The notes beneath the pieces are model-generated. The model saw only the letters and a program-made list of their open reading frames with translations, searched no databases and was not told the origin of the DNA. Position numbers and translations under genes: made by a program. Shown one piece after another: positions 41,166 to 54,800 of a stretch of 64,000 nt of DNA (within the stretch, counting starts at the first letter, position 1; each line of letters begins with the position of its first letter). Origin of the DNA: Lama glama (Eukaryota); the NCBI GenBank assembly GCA_028534125.1, contig CM052816.1, positions 40,736,001 through 40,800,000 of the forward strand, given 5' to 3'.

Positions 41166-44100
41166 AGAGCAATTAGAGGTATTAATAAATACATACACAT
41201 ATAACCTTATTTGTAATTTAAAAAATAAAAATACAAACCAGATAGCATTTTTTTTCAAACATTGACACCTGATAATTGAGGGAGACATGAGAGAGACAGA
41301 AAGAGAAAATAGAGTAAGTTAGGGAATAAATTTAAGGCAACTTTTAACTACTTCAGGAGCGAAACAATACGAGTTAAAATTGCACTTACTTTATGAACAA
41401 TAGATTACACATGTAGTAATCTGTCATAGGATTATACTTAAAAATATGCTTACCTACACCAAAATATGGTTTATAGTATTGTGTATGATCACAAAACAAG
41501 TATGAGAATGTGAAGTTTAACAAGCAGAAATTAAATAAATAAATTCTGGTGAGTGTGTGTGTGCATATGTATATGATACATCTATGAATAATGAACAAGT
41601 TAGGTCTTCCTGTGGTGATATAAAATATATCCAAAATATGTTAAAAAGTATACTACACTTATAGTATAGTGTACTGTATACTGAAAAATATATGTTCATA
41701 TAGAGTGAACTGACATGCATTTATTTATTTAGCTATGTTTACATTATGAAATGTAAAAAAAAATGTTTACAGTAGGTACATTTGACAGAAACAATAGAGA
41801 AATGTGGAAGGGAGTATGGAATTTTCCTTTTCATTTTATATATTTAAAATTTAAACTTGTCTATTTATATTTTTAAAATCATCAGTACTGATTATCCAGG
41901 GAGTGGGGCCTTTTTGTCTCTTCATCACTTGTGTTCTGAATCTATTGTCTTACCTTTAGCAAAATCCAGTGCTATCTACATCATGCCAGCCTACTTGTAT
42001 AGAGTTTAAAAGACAAAATAACTATTCACTATTCTCATATTCTTCAAATCTGGTGATCTTTTAAAGATACATTTTTCTGATTAAGCATAATTTTTAGGTT
42101 ATATTACAAGGATTGTTTTACTGTACTTAGCAAAATAGGTTTGTAATACAAATTAAAACTTATTCCATACATCTCAAACTGTTGTGGGATTGCCTCCATT
42201 TAAAGATAACTAAGTAGAAATGTTAAAATGGAATTTCATAATATTTATAAAGTCTCAAACCCAATTTTTCAAAGAGATTTATAAATAGCTAAGAAAACAT
42301 TAAACATTTGCAAAAACATGATATACTTGTTCTTTTCAGTGGAGTGTAAATATTACTCCACTGAATTATTATTTCCCTATCACTTCCTGAGTATTTCTTG
42401 AGTTGTTAATTTAAGTAGTATATACTAATGGCATTATTGCAACCTGATGGATACAAAATTGCTCAAAGGAGTTGTTTTGAAAATAATCTGTCAATTAAAA
42501 AAAATTTAAACACTTACATAAATATTAGAATCTTAATAGAATGAGTTCTAAACATTGGACCAAATACAGAGTTTGAAAGGAAACCTTTTTATGATTAAAG
42601 TTATAATTCAATGATTAAATCATTGAAAGTGTATGGACTGAAAGAAATAAAGTGGAGGGCAATAATATTCATTTAATCAATATTAATAAAAAAGGAATAA
42701 TACAATAAATCAAAAGAGTAGGCTCATAGATTCTGGGAAATATCTTAAAATAGCTTTGCAGCAATATTAAATGGGAAATTGAATTTATTTTCAAATATGA
42801 TAGCAATGTCAACGCAGCATGAAAATAGAAGTGGGCAATCCAAATTTAATAGCATGAATAGCATTATTACTCAGACAATAATACTGAATCATGCTAATTT
42901 CTGCCTTTATTATCATTGTTTAGGCACAGATATTTTTAATGGGTTGTGAATTCAGGGAAGTTATTCTCATCTAGGTTCTAAAGAAAATGTTTAAAATTAT
43001 AAAAGGTTTGTTTCTCGAGTTTAATCATGCTTACTGTGATACTTCTTTCTCCATTGCACTTACCAGTAGCTAAATCCAGCCAGATTATATGTTTATAAAT
43101 CCATCCACTAAAATGTGCCTTTCTCTGCAGTCACTCCAATAAAAACAATGTAGTCCATCGCACAGCTAAATTGGTGTATAAATTGGTATATGAATAAAAC
43201 AACTGCTACTTTTATAAACATTTTCTTTCCTTTTACCTTAGAAGCCAGATCAAAGCCTTTTATGTTATGTGATGCTGCTGCTCCTCAGGGCAGAGCAATA
43301 AACTTAAAATTTCATCCCTGCTAAGTTAGTGATATAAATGTCAATTTACTTTAGCTGAAGCCGACTTCTGAAATCGATAGCAAGGATTACTGTCAGTAGA
43401 AAGCATATTTTACTAGTTGTTGCAAGTAAGTGGTCAGTTGTACAAAGAATTAAGTGAATTGAATGCACCATTCTCAGAGTGTTGTCAGTGAAATTGTATA
43501 ATTTCCTCTAGACTGCTTTGCAGTTGGTGTTGCTGATATTAAATTATAAAACCTAGAGTCTTCTCACAGCTCCTATTATGTTTGATTATCTGCTCTCAAC
43601 ACAGAACTTCAGTTTTCCCAGCTCAAATGTTTCCACTTACTCGAAGCCATGTTAGGAAGAGAAAAAATAAAATAAAAAAATAAGCCTACATGATTTAGGA
43701 GCCATGCTCTCAAAGGATTTCCATGCATGCATGTGACTGTCAATCTCTGAATTTTGTAGTAGAGGTTGAACAAATATTTCCATGAAGGCAGTTTTAAATC
43801 TGTCAAAGAATGTGCATTTCAGAAAAGAGAATAGCAGATTGACTTCTAAAGACATGGAAAATGTATTAAAGGTATTTAAAGAAAGGGCTTCTAATATAGG
43901 ACACATCTATAATGAAATTATATGTCAGGTAATCTCAGAACTGGAGTACGACAAGAATAGTAATGTCTATGGTTAGCTACACTCCATCCTACTGTGCTTA
44001 ACTGAACAGGTGAAAAGCGTTGTGTTGTAGTCTTTAACTGCAGTATTTTGATTGTTTTTTACTTCCTTCAATTATTGAAGAGCTGACATACAGAAACCTC

Positions 44101-44449
44101 AGTAGATCTAAGCTATCAAAAGGTCTATTTGGTAAAATAGCGAAATAGTCAATGCCATAAAGGCCTAAGTAAATAATTCAAGACCTTTGAATACTCAGGA
44201 GGGATTATTTACCAATTATTACTCAATACAGAAAAGTGAGGACATGAGGAGCCAAAGCTTTAGGAAGCTTATCTCTTCCTAAAATAACCTACCACTTTTT
44301 TGTTGTCGTTGTTAGCTTTTTCACCATATAAGGTGAAGAATAGATCTAACCTGGATAATCAATTTATTGAACTATTACTCAGCATTAAACTCTAAATAGA
44401 TCCAGAAAACATATATTCCATTTGCAGTTCTCCAGGAACTATAATCCAA

Positions 44450-46000
44450 TGCCAGCCTGGATTCAGTCAGAAAAACGGAAGCCACTCTGCATTGAATATT
44501 GAATTAGATCGTGTACTAAGTGTTTACCCTGCTGGTACTGTTCCAAATATTCAACAGCTCCTGAACAGCTTTAAGGTTGTTGTGTATACATCAAGATTTA
44601 TGGTAAATGATGGTGCATGATTATGAATAGAGTGTTATGTAAGGTAGGAAAAGCAGGGCTATATTCAGAAACACAGATACCACCATTTTCAATATGAAGA
44701 TATGCAGGATAGTCAGCCTGCTATCAGGTAACATTTTTGTCCCAGGGGAGTAGTGTCACATTGGGATCTCACCACTTATCATTCCCACTGGCAAGGGGGC
44801 TTTAGCCAAATCAAGCCTCAGATAGAAGAAGGACTATGTTTTAAAGCCCACAGCTAACCTATATTACTATCACCATGGTCAGTTAATTCAAGAGACACTG
44901 AGAAAAAGATGGGGTTTCTGGGTAGAGAGGCTGTGAGACACGCACAGAACTGATTCTCTTTCCTGCCTGGATATTAAGAGCTTTCTCTGTTGTGGTTATC
45001 CTTTTTGCTCACACTGATGTGTTCTTTTACTACCTCCTCACCACACCTCTTGTCTCCAATTTCTGAATCTTGCTTTTCCTATTCCATGGCATCCAGTTAA
45101 CATATGAGTTGTGGCTCATGAATCACTGTAGATGACTCTGGTCGTTATACTTACAGGGGAATGTGACAGTCACACATGCTACTAGAACTTCTCTCTCCTG
45201 AGATTTTGCTTCACCACTAGCATTCTAGGACCTCCTGATTGGGATTGTAATGTTGATATTTTCTACCTGTGGTGCCAAGTTCAACTTTTTTCTTCAGTCA
45301 GCTGAGGATAGGAAATTCCTTCTGAGGGCATGAATATGGGTTGAAAAGGGAGCTGTATTATCAGGAGCAGGTGCTCCAGGAACCTGACCTACTTACTAGG
45401 ACTTGAAACCCAGTGGAAGGAACTTTGTTGTTCCTTGCATAGTTCCTTGAGCTTGACCTTGATCTTGACCTCATACATCACACTTTCATTTCATTATGGA
45501 AGGTTGTGAGCATCCAAATTTATGACTTGGTAGGTGAGAAAACACCCATTTCAGAATGGAAATCTTAGGTCACAAATAAGTTGATTACTCATAGTCAAGT
45601 ATTTAATCGGCTTCTAGGGCACAGTATTAAGCCAAAAGTGTTTCTCAAAAGAAAAAGAGTTATACGTAGAAAATATACAGGCCTTAGCTATAAAATTATA
45701 CGGATGAATGCCCTCATTACCAAAATTCCTTACATTGTATCTGTCTGCCAGAGATGCTTTAAACACCATTGGATCTACCCTATCCCGACGACATCCACGT
45801 TGGCCCCACCATTAGTTCTTGTTCTATATTTGTCTGTTTGTAATGTAGTAATTTATTTATCTAAATATTCTTCTGATAGACAGTTCATCTGGTTTTGATG
45901 AAATTGGGTTTCTGATCAACATGAGGACCATAACTTGAACTGTAGTACTATGACAATATCACCAGGGTAAATGTGTCTTAGATGGGAGTCATTCATCTCT
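44450..46000 (-). mobile_element. Degraded ERVL/MaLR-like provirus remnant (LTR edge plus pol relics)
   Basis: LTR-like start tggattcagtcagaaaaacggaagccac; antisense RNaseH-like relic at ~45030-45130; antisense tttgagaaac...actg.gccct...cttgactatg connection-like relic at ~45540-45690. Confidence 0.5.
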
Positions 46001-46974
46001 TCCTGCTTCTCAATACAAAACTAATAGACACCTCCCTCTTGCCTTCCTCTGATTAACCTCTCACTACATTCAGGGGAGACATGTCTTCATAAATCTATGT
46101 ATATGTAGGAGCTCTTAGAAGGGAAAGATTACTTTCTCTGAAGGTGATTCATGTAAATGATGTTTGCAGGCTTTTCTACTTAAATGTTACTTGGAAACAG
46201 ACTCTGGCTGCTTCAGTAATTTCTCCCAGTCCAGTTAGATCTGTACTTGAATGTAGCATATAAGCTGTATGTACAGGCTCTCTAGGCGATACATGCCAGC
46301 CTTACTCCTAGAATGATCATTCAAATCTTTGAAAAAATAATCAACGTTTGGCTATGGAAGCTACAACTTATTTATATGATTTCACTACATTTGCAGTCAG
46401 AATCTGACAGGGTGTCTGAAAATGCTAGGCAAGGTTTCAAAAATCACAGCCAGATTCTATGACAGTAAATTGTATTGCCAGAAGAACTGATAATGTTTAA
46501 TATATGGTAGATCTGTGTCCTAATCTACGTTTTCTTAACCTTGGCAAAAAAGAGATTTAATTTTGCAAATGTGACAATTTTTGTTAGGCAAATACTCCTA
46601 CCACACCTGAATCCAAGCAACTAACATGTCAGCGAATGTGGAGTTAGGAAGAGATGTGCACAAAATGCTCTCATTTTTGCCCTGGTTCATTCATTTTACT
46701 GCTGAAGAAAGCAGTTTCCAAAGTATACAGAGATTTGCCTCAATGGTAGAACTGGTTAGTTGACAAAGCTTGAACTATGACTCATTTTCCATATGCCTGC
46801 AGTGGAAGAAAATGAACTGAAGAAAATGAATAAAGATTCAGTAGATGAAGTTTTAAAAGGATTTTTATTTTAATGTGTTATTCTGAGTTCCAAATTCAGT
46901 GACCTCTTCTAGGATTAACGATTGTACTTTTTGATAGAATAGAAAAAGATTCATTAAATTATAAGTGAAGTGAA

Positions 46975-47100
46975 AAGTTCTGGTTCCATGTGATGTGAAG
47001 TAAAGCCCATTCCACTTTCTCCCACTGAATTCAGCTATAAAATCTGGACAGAATGCATGGAACAGCTATCTCTGAGGGCTCTGAAAAGTAAATAGTCACA
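46975..47100 (+). mobile_element. Ancient L1M 5' UTR fragment
   Basis: ctggacagaatgcatggaacagctat...ctctgaaaagtaaatag. Confidence 0.6.
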
Positions 47101-47104
47101 AGCA

Positions 47105-47671
47105 GTATTACAAGATAATGGCTATAATTCTCTATGCAAGATATCCTTGTTGCTTACCTATTTTACACATAGTAGTTTGTATCTCTTAGTCCCATACCTC
47201 TAACTTGCCCCACCCCCCCTCACCCTGGTAAACACTAGTTTGTTTTCTCTATTTGTAAGTCTTTGCTGTTTTGCATATGCTTTCTTTCATTCATATCATT
47301 TTTTAATTCCACATAGAAGTGATATAATATTTGTCTTTCTTTGACTTATTTCACTAAGTATAATATTCTCTAGGTCCATCCATATTACTGAAAATGGCAG
47401 AATTTCACTCGTTGTTACAGCTCAGTAATATTCTATCGTATATACATACCACGTCCTCTGTATTCATCTGTTGCTGTGCACTGGGTTGCTTTCATACCTT
47501 GGCTATTGCAAACAGTGCTGCTGTGAACATTGGGGTGCATGTATCTTCTTGAAGTAGTGTTTTCATTTTTTTTCCAGATATACACCCAGGAGTGGAATTG
47601 CTGGATCATAGGTAGTCCTATTTTTAGTTTTTCGAGGAACTTCCAAACTGTTTTGCATGGGGGCTGCACTA
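47105..47671 (-). mobile_element. L1 3' end fragment
   Basis: Minus ORF contains VVQPPCKTVWKFLEKLKIGLP; L1 3' UTR motifs. Confidence 0.88.
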
Positions 47672-47960
47672 CTTTAGCAAATATGAACTTAACAGAAAGA
47701 AAGGACAAATCCACTGTATTAATTGAGAGTTCAGCACTCCTCTTGCAGTAATTTGCAGAATTACTCCATAGGGGAAAAAATGAACAATACAGAAGAACTG
47801 ATAACACTGTAAGCTACCTGGATCTAATTGACATTTGTAGAGTACCTCACCAACAGTGGAAAATATATTTTTTTTTCTAGTGCACATAGACCATTCACCA
47901 AAATAGACCATATCTTGAGTCAAAAAATAAAGCTTAAAGTAACCAACCATAAAAAGATTG
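47672..47960 (+). mobile_element. Ancient L1 ORF2 endonuclease fragment
   Basis: ctggatctaattgacatttgtagag...cattcaccaaaatagaccatatcttg encodes LDLIDI..R and FTKIDHIL. Confidence 0.75.
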
Positions 47961-48467
47961 GGGAAAGCATGTTGATTTTAAGTACACATTTTACTTAGAA
48001 CTATCAGTTTCTCTTTCCTTTCCCTTTTCACATCCTATCAGACAATTATATTCATTTTACTTTTCAAGAGTTATTATATTTAACATTTGGTTTCTTTTTA
48101 TAATAGCTGTTTGGCTCTAAGCTGTGTGATCATTATCATTTCTCTGTTTTGTTTACCACAGCTTCTCCATGCATGGTTATTTTATTTGGTTTATTTTATG
48201 GTTGACTGAGATCCAGTCAAGGCCTTTCTTGAAGACTTTCTCATTTACACCTTTTTAAAATAGTTTCATCACTATTGTTTTAATAGTTTATAAAAATTTA
48301 GCTGATTATAATGTGTGGGTCAAAATCTTTTTGAAATTTGTAATTTTTTTCTCCCTTCTATTTATGTGGAAGACACCATCCCTTATGTTCCCATACAATG
48401 GATTTGCTTTTTATGCCTGTTTTCTCAGGAATCATTTTTTATCCTTTAACAGCAAAAAGGCAGTATC

Positions 48468-48885
48468 TAGTATTAGCCAGCTTTTGCCAGGGTGTTAGCA
48501 TATAACCACCCACAGGAAACAGTGACATATGATGATAAGTGTTGTCTGAGTTTTGGTGGTGGCTGCTCTGCTTCAGGCTGTTGATTGCTGGTCAGCTGGG
48601 GAAGATCTGCTCTGTGCATCTGATTTTGGGATCCACCTAAGGGGGCAGTGGGTATTGGGTCATGAATTTCTAAATGCAATGGTTATAGGCTTATAGAGGA
48701 CATGCAGAATCACTCAAATTGCTCAAGAGCCTAGGTTCTGATCAGAGCTCGTACATGCCTACCCATATTCCTTTAGCCAAAGCAGTTACTTGGCCAAGCC
48801 AGACATCAGTGTGGCACGAAGTGCTTCTCCAGTGTAGGTAGCTGGGAAGGGAATGATTTGGTGAGTAATAATCTGAACAATGTAT
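48468..48885 (-). mobile_element. Old MLT1 (MLT1I/J-like) LTR
   Basis: tattagccagcttttgcc...cccatattcctttagccaaagcagttacttggccaagccagacatcagtg. Confidence 0.7.
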
Positions 48886-49401
48886 CTCAATATTGATTTT
48901 TCAAGATCTTTTTGTTCTATAGTGTGTCTTTTGAAATCTATGGTTTGCTTCTTTCATAAAATTCTCTTTCCTATAACTATCATCTTGTATCTAATTTCTT
49001 AAATCTCAACCACTCTCTGCCTTCAGGATTTAAAGCTGAAAAGTTTGTTCATGCCAGTATTTTGATCGTTACCTGAGTTTATATAGTCACTTGAAGGTCA
49101 TAACATTTTTCAAATGTATACTGATGATTTTTCTATATTAACTTGTTAATATTACCTGCAGTCATTCTTTTTACCTTATTCACTTCTTTATTCATTTAAC
49201 ACATATGTTTTAAGTACTTACTATGTACCAAGTTTCCTTATGAGTACAATAGTAAAAAAAATGATAAAAAATTATGAATGTTATACACATTTTACTTTAA
49301 AAATTAAGCACATGGACAAAATAATGTCAGTGATGATTGAAGGCTTTAAGGAAAAAGTGACTTTAGTGGTTAAAATACAAATAATTACCTGTTGGTTAAG
49401 G

Positions 49402-49480
49402 TTTCTCTCTCTCTCTCTCTTCCCCTCTCTCTCTCTCTCCCTCTCTCCCTCTCCCTCCCTCCCTCTTCCTCATCCCCTCC
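49402..49480. repeat. CT-rich microsatellite / polypyrimidine tract
   Basis: (CT)n and (CCCT)n runs. Confidence 0.9.
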
Positions 49481-49514
49481 CCACCTCCCCTGCACATATA
49501 CACATGTATGTTCT

Positions 49515-50397
49515 CTCTCTCTCAAGTTTTCAACATACATACAGATATGTGATTGATAACATTTAAGCTCTACTCAGCAAATTTCAGTTGTACAATACAG
49601 TCTTATCAATGATAGTCACCATGTTATACATTATCACTTCAGACCTTATTCATCTTACAGCTGAAAGTTGTACCCTTTGACCAGCTTCTCCACTCCCCCT
49701 GCCCCTGGCAACCACTTTTCCACTCTGCTTCTATGAATTTGACTTTTTTTGTATTCTTCATAATAATATTTGTCATAATATTTGTCTTTCTCTGTCTGGC
49801 TTATTTCACTTAGCTTAATGTCCTCACGATCCATTCTTGTTTTTGTAAACAACAGGACTTCTTTCTTCTTTCTCGTGGCTGAATAATACTTCATTTATAT
49901 ACACATGTACATATACATATATATACACACACATCATATCTTCTTTATCCATTCATCTGTTAATGAACACTTAGGTTGTTTCCATTCCATGGCTGCTGTG
50001 AATGATGCTAAAAGAACACAAGAGTACAGATATCTCTTTGATATCCCATTTTCATTTCTTTTGGCTAGATACCCAGAAGTGGGATGCTGGATTGTATGGT
50101 AGTTCTATTTTTAATTTCTTGAGGATCCTCCATACTGCTGTCTGGAGTGGCTGCACCAATTTACATTCTCACCAACAGTGCACACAGATTCCCTTTCTCC
50201 ACATCCAGGCTAACACTTTGTTATCTCTTATCATTTGGACAGTAGCTGTCCTAACAGGTATGAGGTGATACCTCATGTGGCTTTGATTTACATTTCTATG
50301 ATGATTAGACATGTTGACCACCTTTTCATGGACCTGTTGGACATTTGTATGTCTTCTTTAGAAAAATGTCTATTCAGTTCCTCTGCCTATTTTTTTA
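49515..50397 (-). mobile_element. L1MA-like 3' end
   Basis: Minus ORF MKYYSATRKKKEVLLF...KLSEISQTEKDKY; ORF2 end. Confidence 0.88.
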
Positions 50398-50539
50398 AAT
50401 AATATATTCTTACAGTCCTCTTTACTAGCAAAAGGAAAGGATCTGCTCTTCATTTGAATTTATGATTTCTAACATTCTATTTATTCATCATTTGTATTTT
50501 ATATAATCTTTCCCTTCCATTTTAATTTTATTTTTGCTT

Positions 50540-50835
50540 TTTGCCATGTGATGTGTTTTTACAAGTTTGTGGTATATATTTACATAAATATACTGCATAT
50601 ATTTAAACCATACAATTTGGTAAGTTTATATATATGAAAACCATCACCACCATTAAGATACAAACACATTCATAATTTTTAAAAGTTTGACTTTCTGGGG
50701 ATTTTTCATCCTGCCCTTCCCCCCACTCTTTACCAAGTCCGCAGGCAACCAATAGCCCTCCTTTAGTCACTATGACTGGCATTTTCTAGAATTTATATTA
50801 ATGAAATTATACTCTAAGTGCTCTTTTTTGTCTAC
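50540..50835 (-). mobile_element. Old L1M 3' terminal fragment
   Basis: gaaaaccatcaccaccattaagata...caggcaaccaat...cattttctagaattttatat. Confidence 0.6.
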
Positions 50836-50889
50836 AGATATTTAACTGTCTAGAAATTAGACATTTTCTATTCTTACCAAATTTAATAT

Positions 50890-51395
50890 TCTTAGATTGA
50901 AACAAAAATCATGTTACACCATTTCTCTAAAGGTGTCACTAGGTCTCCACAGTCCACAAAAGACCAGTTCCTTACCCCACCAATTTTTTAATAACCTGGC
51001 ATTGACCTATTTTGGGGGTCCATTTATATGCCATTGTCCTCTGCCTCTGCTCACTTTACACAAATCTGCCAAGTCTATATTCATTCATCTGTCCTTTTCC
51101 TCTTTTTCGCACTATCCTCGAGCTGCATTTCCTTTCATTCTCTTCCTGTTAAACTCAGTGGTCACATTTACCGTAATACCTTTAAACTCATTTCTAAGGT
51201 ACTTTACTCAATGTACTTTAAAAACAAGAGACAATTGTATTATCCTTATTGTATCAGAATTTTTGACTTCTCAAATCCATTTCAAAATGACTAACTTCTA
51301 AGAGTAGAGATTATTGATTTCCAAGTGACCAGCATAGGGCCTAGAACATGTAGTTCTTCAGAATTGTGTATTGAACAAATAAATGAAGGAACAAA
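50890..51395 (+). mobile_element. L2 3' region
   Basis: Pyrimidine-rich body; tail cagcatagggcctag.acatgtag...ttgaacaaataaatgaa. Confidence 0.55.
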
Positions 51396-51589
51396 CAGAA
51401 ATGTAAAGGTAGATTTTTTCTTCTTCCTTCTTCTTTTTGCTCCTCCTACACCAAGTACGTGGGCATTGGCAAAGGCACAACAGTGAACTTCTGCATCAAG
51501 ACATGTCTGCTATGTGATTTCTGTGATGTGCTTCACAGCTTCATATGTGAAGCTCAGCTGCATCCTCTTAACACCACCCTCACCTATGC

Positions 51590-52288
51590 TTTTTTTCAAA
51601 TGACTTTATTATATGATTCACCCATTTAGAATATACAATTTGGTGGGTTTTAGTATGTTCAAAGAGTTATGCAACTATCACCAGTGTATCAGAACATTTT
51701 CATCAGCACAAAGAAAAGCCTTGTACACTTCAGCTGTCACTTCCTACCCTTCTATCCCCCACAACCCTCGACAACCACTAGTCTACTTTTTCCTCTATAA
51801 ATTTGCCTAACGTATACATCTCATAAAAATGGTACGTTAAGTATGTGCTCTTCTGTCACTGGCTTCTTTCACTTAGCATAATGTTTTCAAGGATCACCCA
51901 TGTTGCACTATGTATCGGTACTTCATTCTCTTTTAGGACCAATATTCATTGTTTGCCTATAGTACCATACTTTGTTTATCTGTTCATCAGTTGATGGCCA
52001 TGTCCACCTTTTGGCTATTGTGAATGATGCTGTGGTAAACATTCCTGCATAAGTTTTGTGTAGATATATATTTCATTTCTCTTGGGTGTATACCTAAGAG
52101 TAGAATTGTTTGGGTCATATGGTAACTCTTTGTTTAATTGTTTGAGAAACTGCCAGACCATCTTTCAACGTGACTGAAACCATTTTACTCTCCTATCTAC
52201 AGCATACGAGATCTCCATTTCTTCATACCCTTGCCAGTACTTATTATCTGATTTTTAAAAATTCTAGCCATCCTAGTAGGTGTGAAGG
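51590..52288 (-). mobile_element. L1MB-like 3' end
   Basis: attcacccattt...ctggcttctttcacttagcataatgttttcaagg...tagccatcctagtaggtgtgaag. Confidence 0.85.
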
Positions 52289-52619
52289 GAAAGGTTTACG
52301 TTTTGAGGGACTCTTTAGGGCAGTTAGAATTACTGTAGGAAATTAGTGCATTAGGATTTAGGAAGAAAAAAATACGATTAGTCTTTTGCTACAAACTAGC
52401 TCTAATCCTGATAAGGAGAATAACTTCAGATGTCACATTTGGCCAAAAATCTGAATTCAGTTTCAGAAATCTATGTCCTTGAAGTCAAATTGTCATATCT
52501 AATTTAAAATTATCTCCTTTAAGAAGCAGTTTTTTCATACGAACTTCAGCACAATCTGAAAGCATATATTGTTTTTTGTGGCTTCATAACTTTTTGAGAA
52601 TTAAGGTAATTCCCCAGAA

Positions 52620-52930
52620 TTTGTGTTCTATTTTTCTACTCCAAAAGCCAGAAAACCTACAATTGCAGACTTCTCTCTAAGGTGCAGATTCATGATCTTG
52701 GCTTTCATTAATCAGATGCAGCTGAAGGCTTGGATGTGGAGTCCCTTGGTGTGATAGTGAAGACTTGATTCTTAAGTGACTTTGGTAGCAGAAATGCTGG
52801 CACTCAGATGCAGGTGTCCTTGGTGCTAAATGGTGTGTTTGGGCATTGTTTCTAGCCTCCCCAAGAATATGTGAGCCACCTAACATATTTTTATAATTTA
52901 CACAGAATGGATTTTGTTATTTGTATTCCT
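52620..52930 (+). mobile_element. LTR33-like ERVL LTR remnant
   Basis: gaaaacctacaattgcagacttctct...aatcagatgca resembles LTR33. Confidence 0.45.
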
Positions 52931-54404
52931 GATTGATAATGTTCTAAAATACTTTTCCAACTTACTTCCAGTTATATATAAACCAATAAAAGATACAGAT
53001 ATATATATAAACAAACTCCTTTCTTATTCCTATTACATTCCCTTCCTATAATTCTAAAATGATAACATTAGAGAAACAATAAAAATGGATTTAAGTATAG
53101 CAAAAAGTCAGTTTTATTTTAAATGTAATTCCAAGGGCATAGTATGAAAACTTCTCCTTTTATTTCTATCAGCAGCTGAAATTCATGTCAGTAGTGTTTG
53201 AACAGATATTCGATTGTATAGATTTTTAATGTCTTTTATCATTTTTGACTGATGGCTTTCTAGCAAGTAAAAATTATATTTATTACAAATACGTTTACAC
53301 ATTTTGTTTGCATTCAGTTCTCTTCTTTAGACTTTTAGGGAGCATTTTTGCTATAAATCTATATAAGTGATTTGCTTTTTTCATGTTCTTTTCCTTGATG
53401 CCTGCATTAAAAAGAGGACCTGTGGTCACAAAATCTATTAATACAGATATTCAAATGCCACTACAACACTGTGTTAATAAGACTTTACCTTGATTGTACA
53501 AACACATTTTGGGGACTTTTTTCCTGTACAAACTAGTTTCATAAATTATATAGTCTTCCTTGGAAATAACCGAATGAGATAAAGTGATCTCACATTTTGG
53601 TTCTGCTGGTTCGCAAACAGAATTAGAATGAATAAAATAATATTTTATGTTTCTACAACTGACTATTTAAAATGTTAAAATTCCTTTTGTAAAAATATGA
53701 AGTTATAATTTATTATATTTCTTTCATTTCTTTTGTACCTCCCCTACCATTCTACTTTTTAAAGTCTTTATATATATGCATAATATAGAATTCTAGGCAT
53801 GGTTCTACTTAGTGTCAAGAAAAATAAACAAATGATAACTCTGTCTCAATTTCTTTCTATACAGAGATAAAATGCTAATTATCTATCTACTTGCCTACCT
53901 ACCTACTATCTCTCTATTTAATCTGTCTACTTACCTACCTACCTATCTCTTTACTTATTTTGTGAAGTTTGAGGCTTCCTTGTCCAGTAAACTGCTATCA
54001 TGTGGGGAACTATGGAAACTTTAAAAAGAAATAACTTTCTAGATTTCAAAAAATTAAAGAATGCTTTTTTTTTTTTTTAAATTTTGCCTAGAGCATAGAA
54101 AATAGTCAGTTTGGGGCTGGGGCCCAGAGCAGAGACGGTGGTTTGTGGCACATTCCCGACCCAACACCAGCAGGGTTTCTGGGCTTCAAGGGGACGCAAC
54201 AGACTTGGGAAACCAAACGGCCAATAAAACCTCTGCACACGAGTGGAATATACGTAAGTCTTGTTTCAGGAAATTTAAAAAAATGTATGATGTTTTCATG
54301 CACTAAATTTTCGGGAGCATTTGTTAGGACCACTTTTTGTATTTGTGTAGTTCCAAGGTGTTTCCCATGCTTTAGCTGGTAGAGGGGATTTTGTTCTAGG
54401 TAAA

Positions 54405-54800
54405 TAAACCATTCATGTATTCAAAATAATCAAATAGGCACCTTGTCTGTCCCAGCTGATGTGTGGTGCTAGTGATTCCATGTGACGAAGCTGAGTCCAG
54501 ACCTTAAGGATGCTTATATTCCAGTGCTGCAACAAGCAGAAAAATAAAGCAACTTTAGATAGTAATACATAATAGGGAGAAAATAAACACAGTAATTAAA
54601 TAGGAAGTAACCTTTGATGATTGGCAGGGAAGGTCTTATGCTTTAGTTAGTATATTTAAGCTCATGAGGCCAATTATGAAAATATCAAGAAAGAATGTTC
54701 CCAGCAAAGAAAAAGACAAAACCAAAGATCCTACGGAAGGGGCATGTTTGCTGATTTTAGATAGGGAGACAGTATGATTGAAATGTAATGATTAAGAGGT
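54405..54800 (-). mobile_element. L2 3' region
   Basis: cattcatgtattcaaaa...aaagaatgttcccagcaaag...caaagatcct.cggaagggg.catgtttg. Confidence 0.6.

Noticed and set aside
43782..43976. 64-aa ORF MKAVLNLSKNVH...
   Set aside because: No recognisable homology or convincing exon boundaries; the length is expected by chance
50897..51301. 134-aa ORF
   Set aside because: Lies in pyrimidine-rich L2-like sequence, has a non-ATG start and shows no recognisable domain
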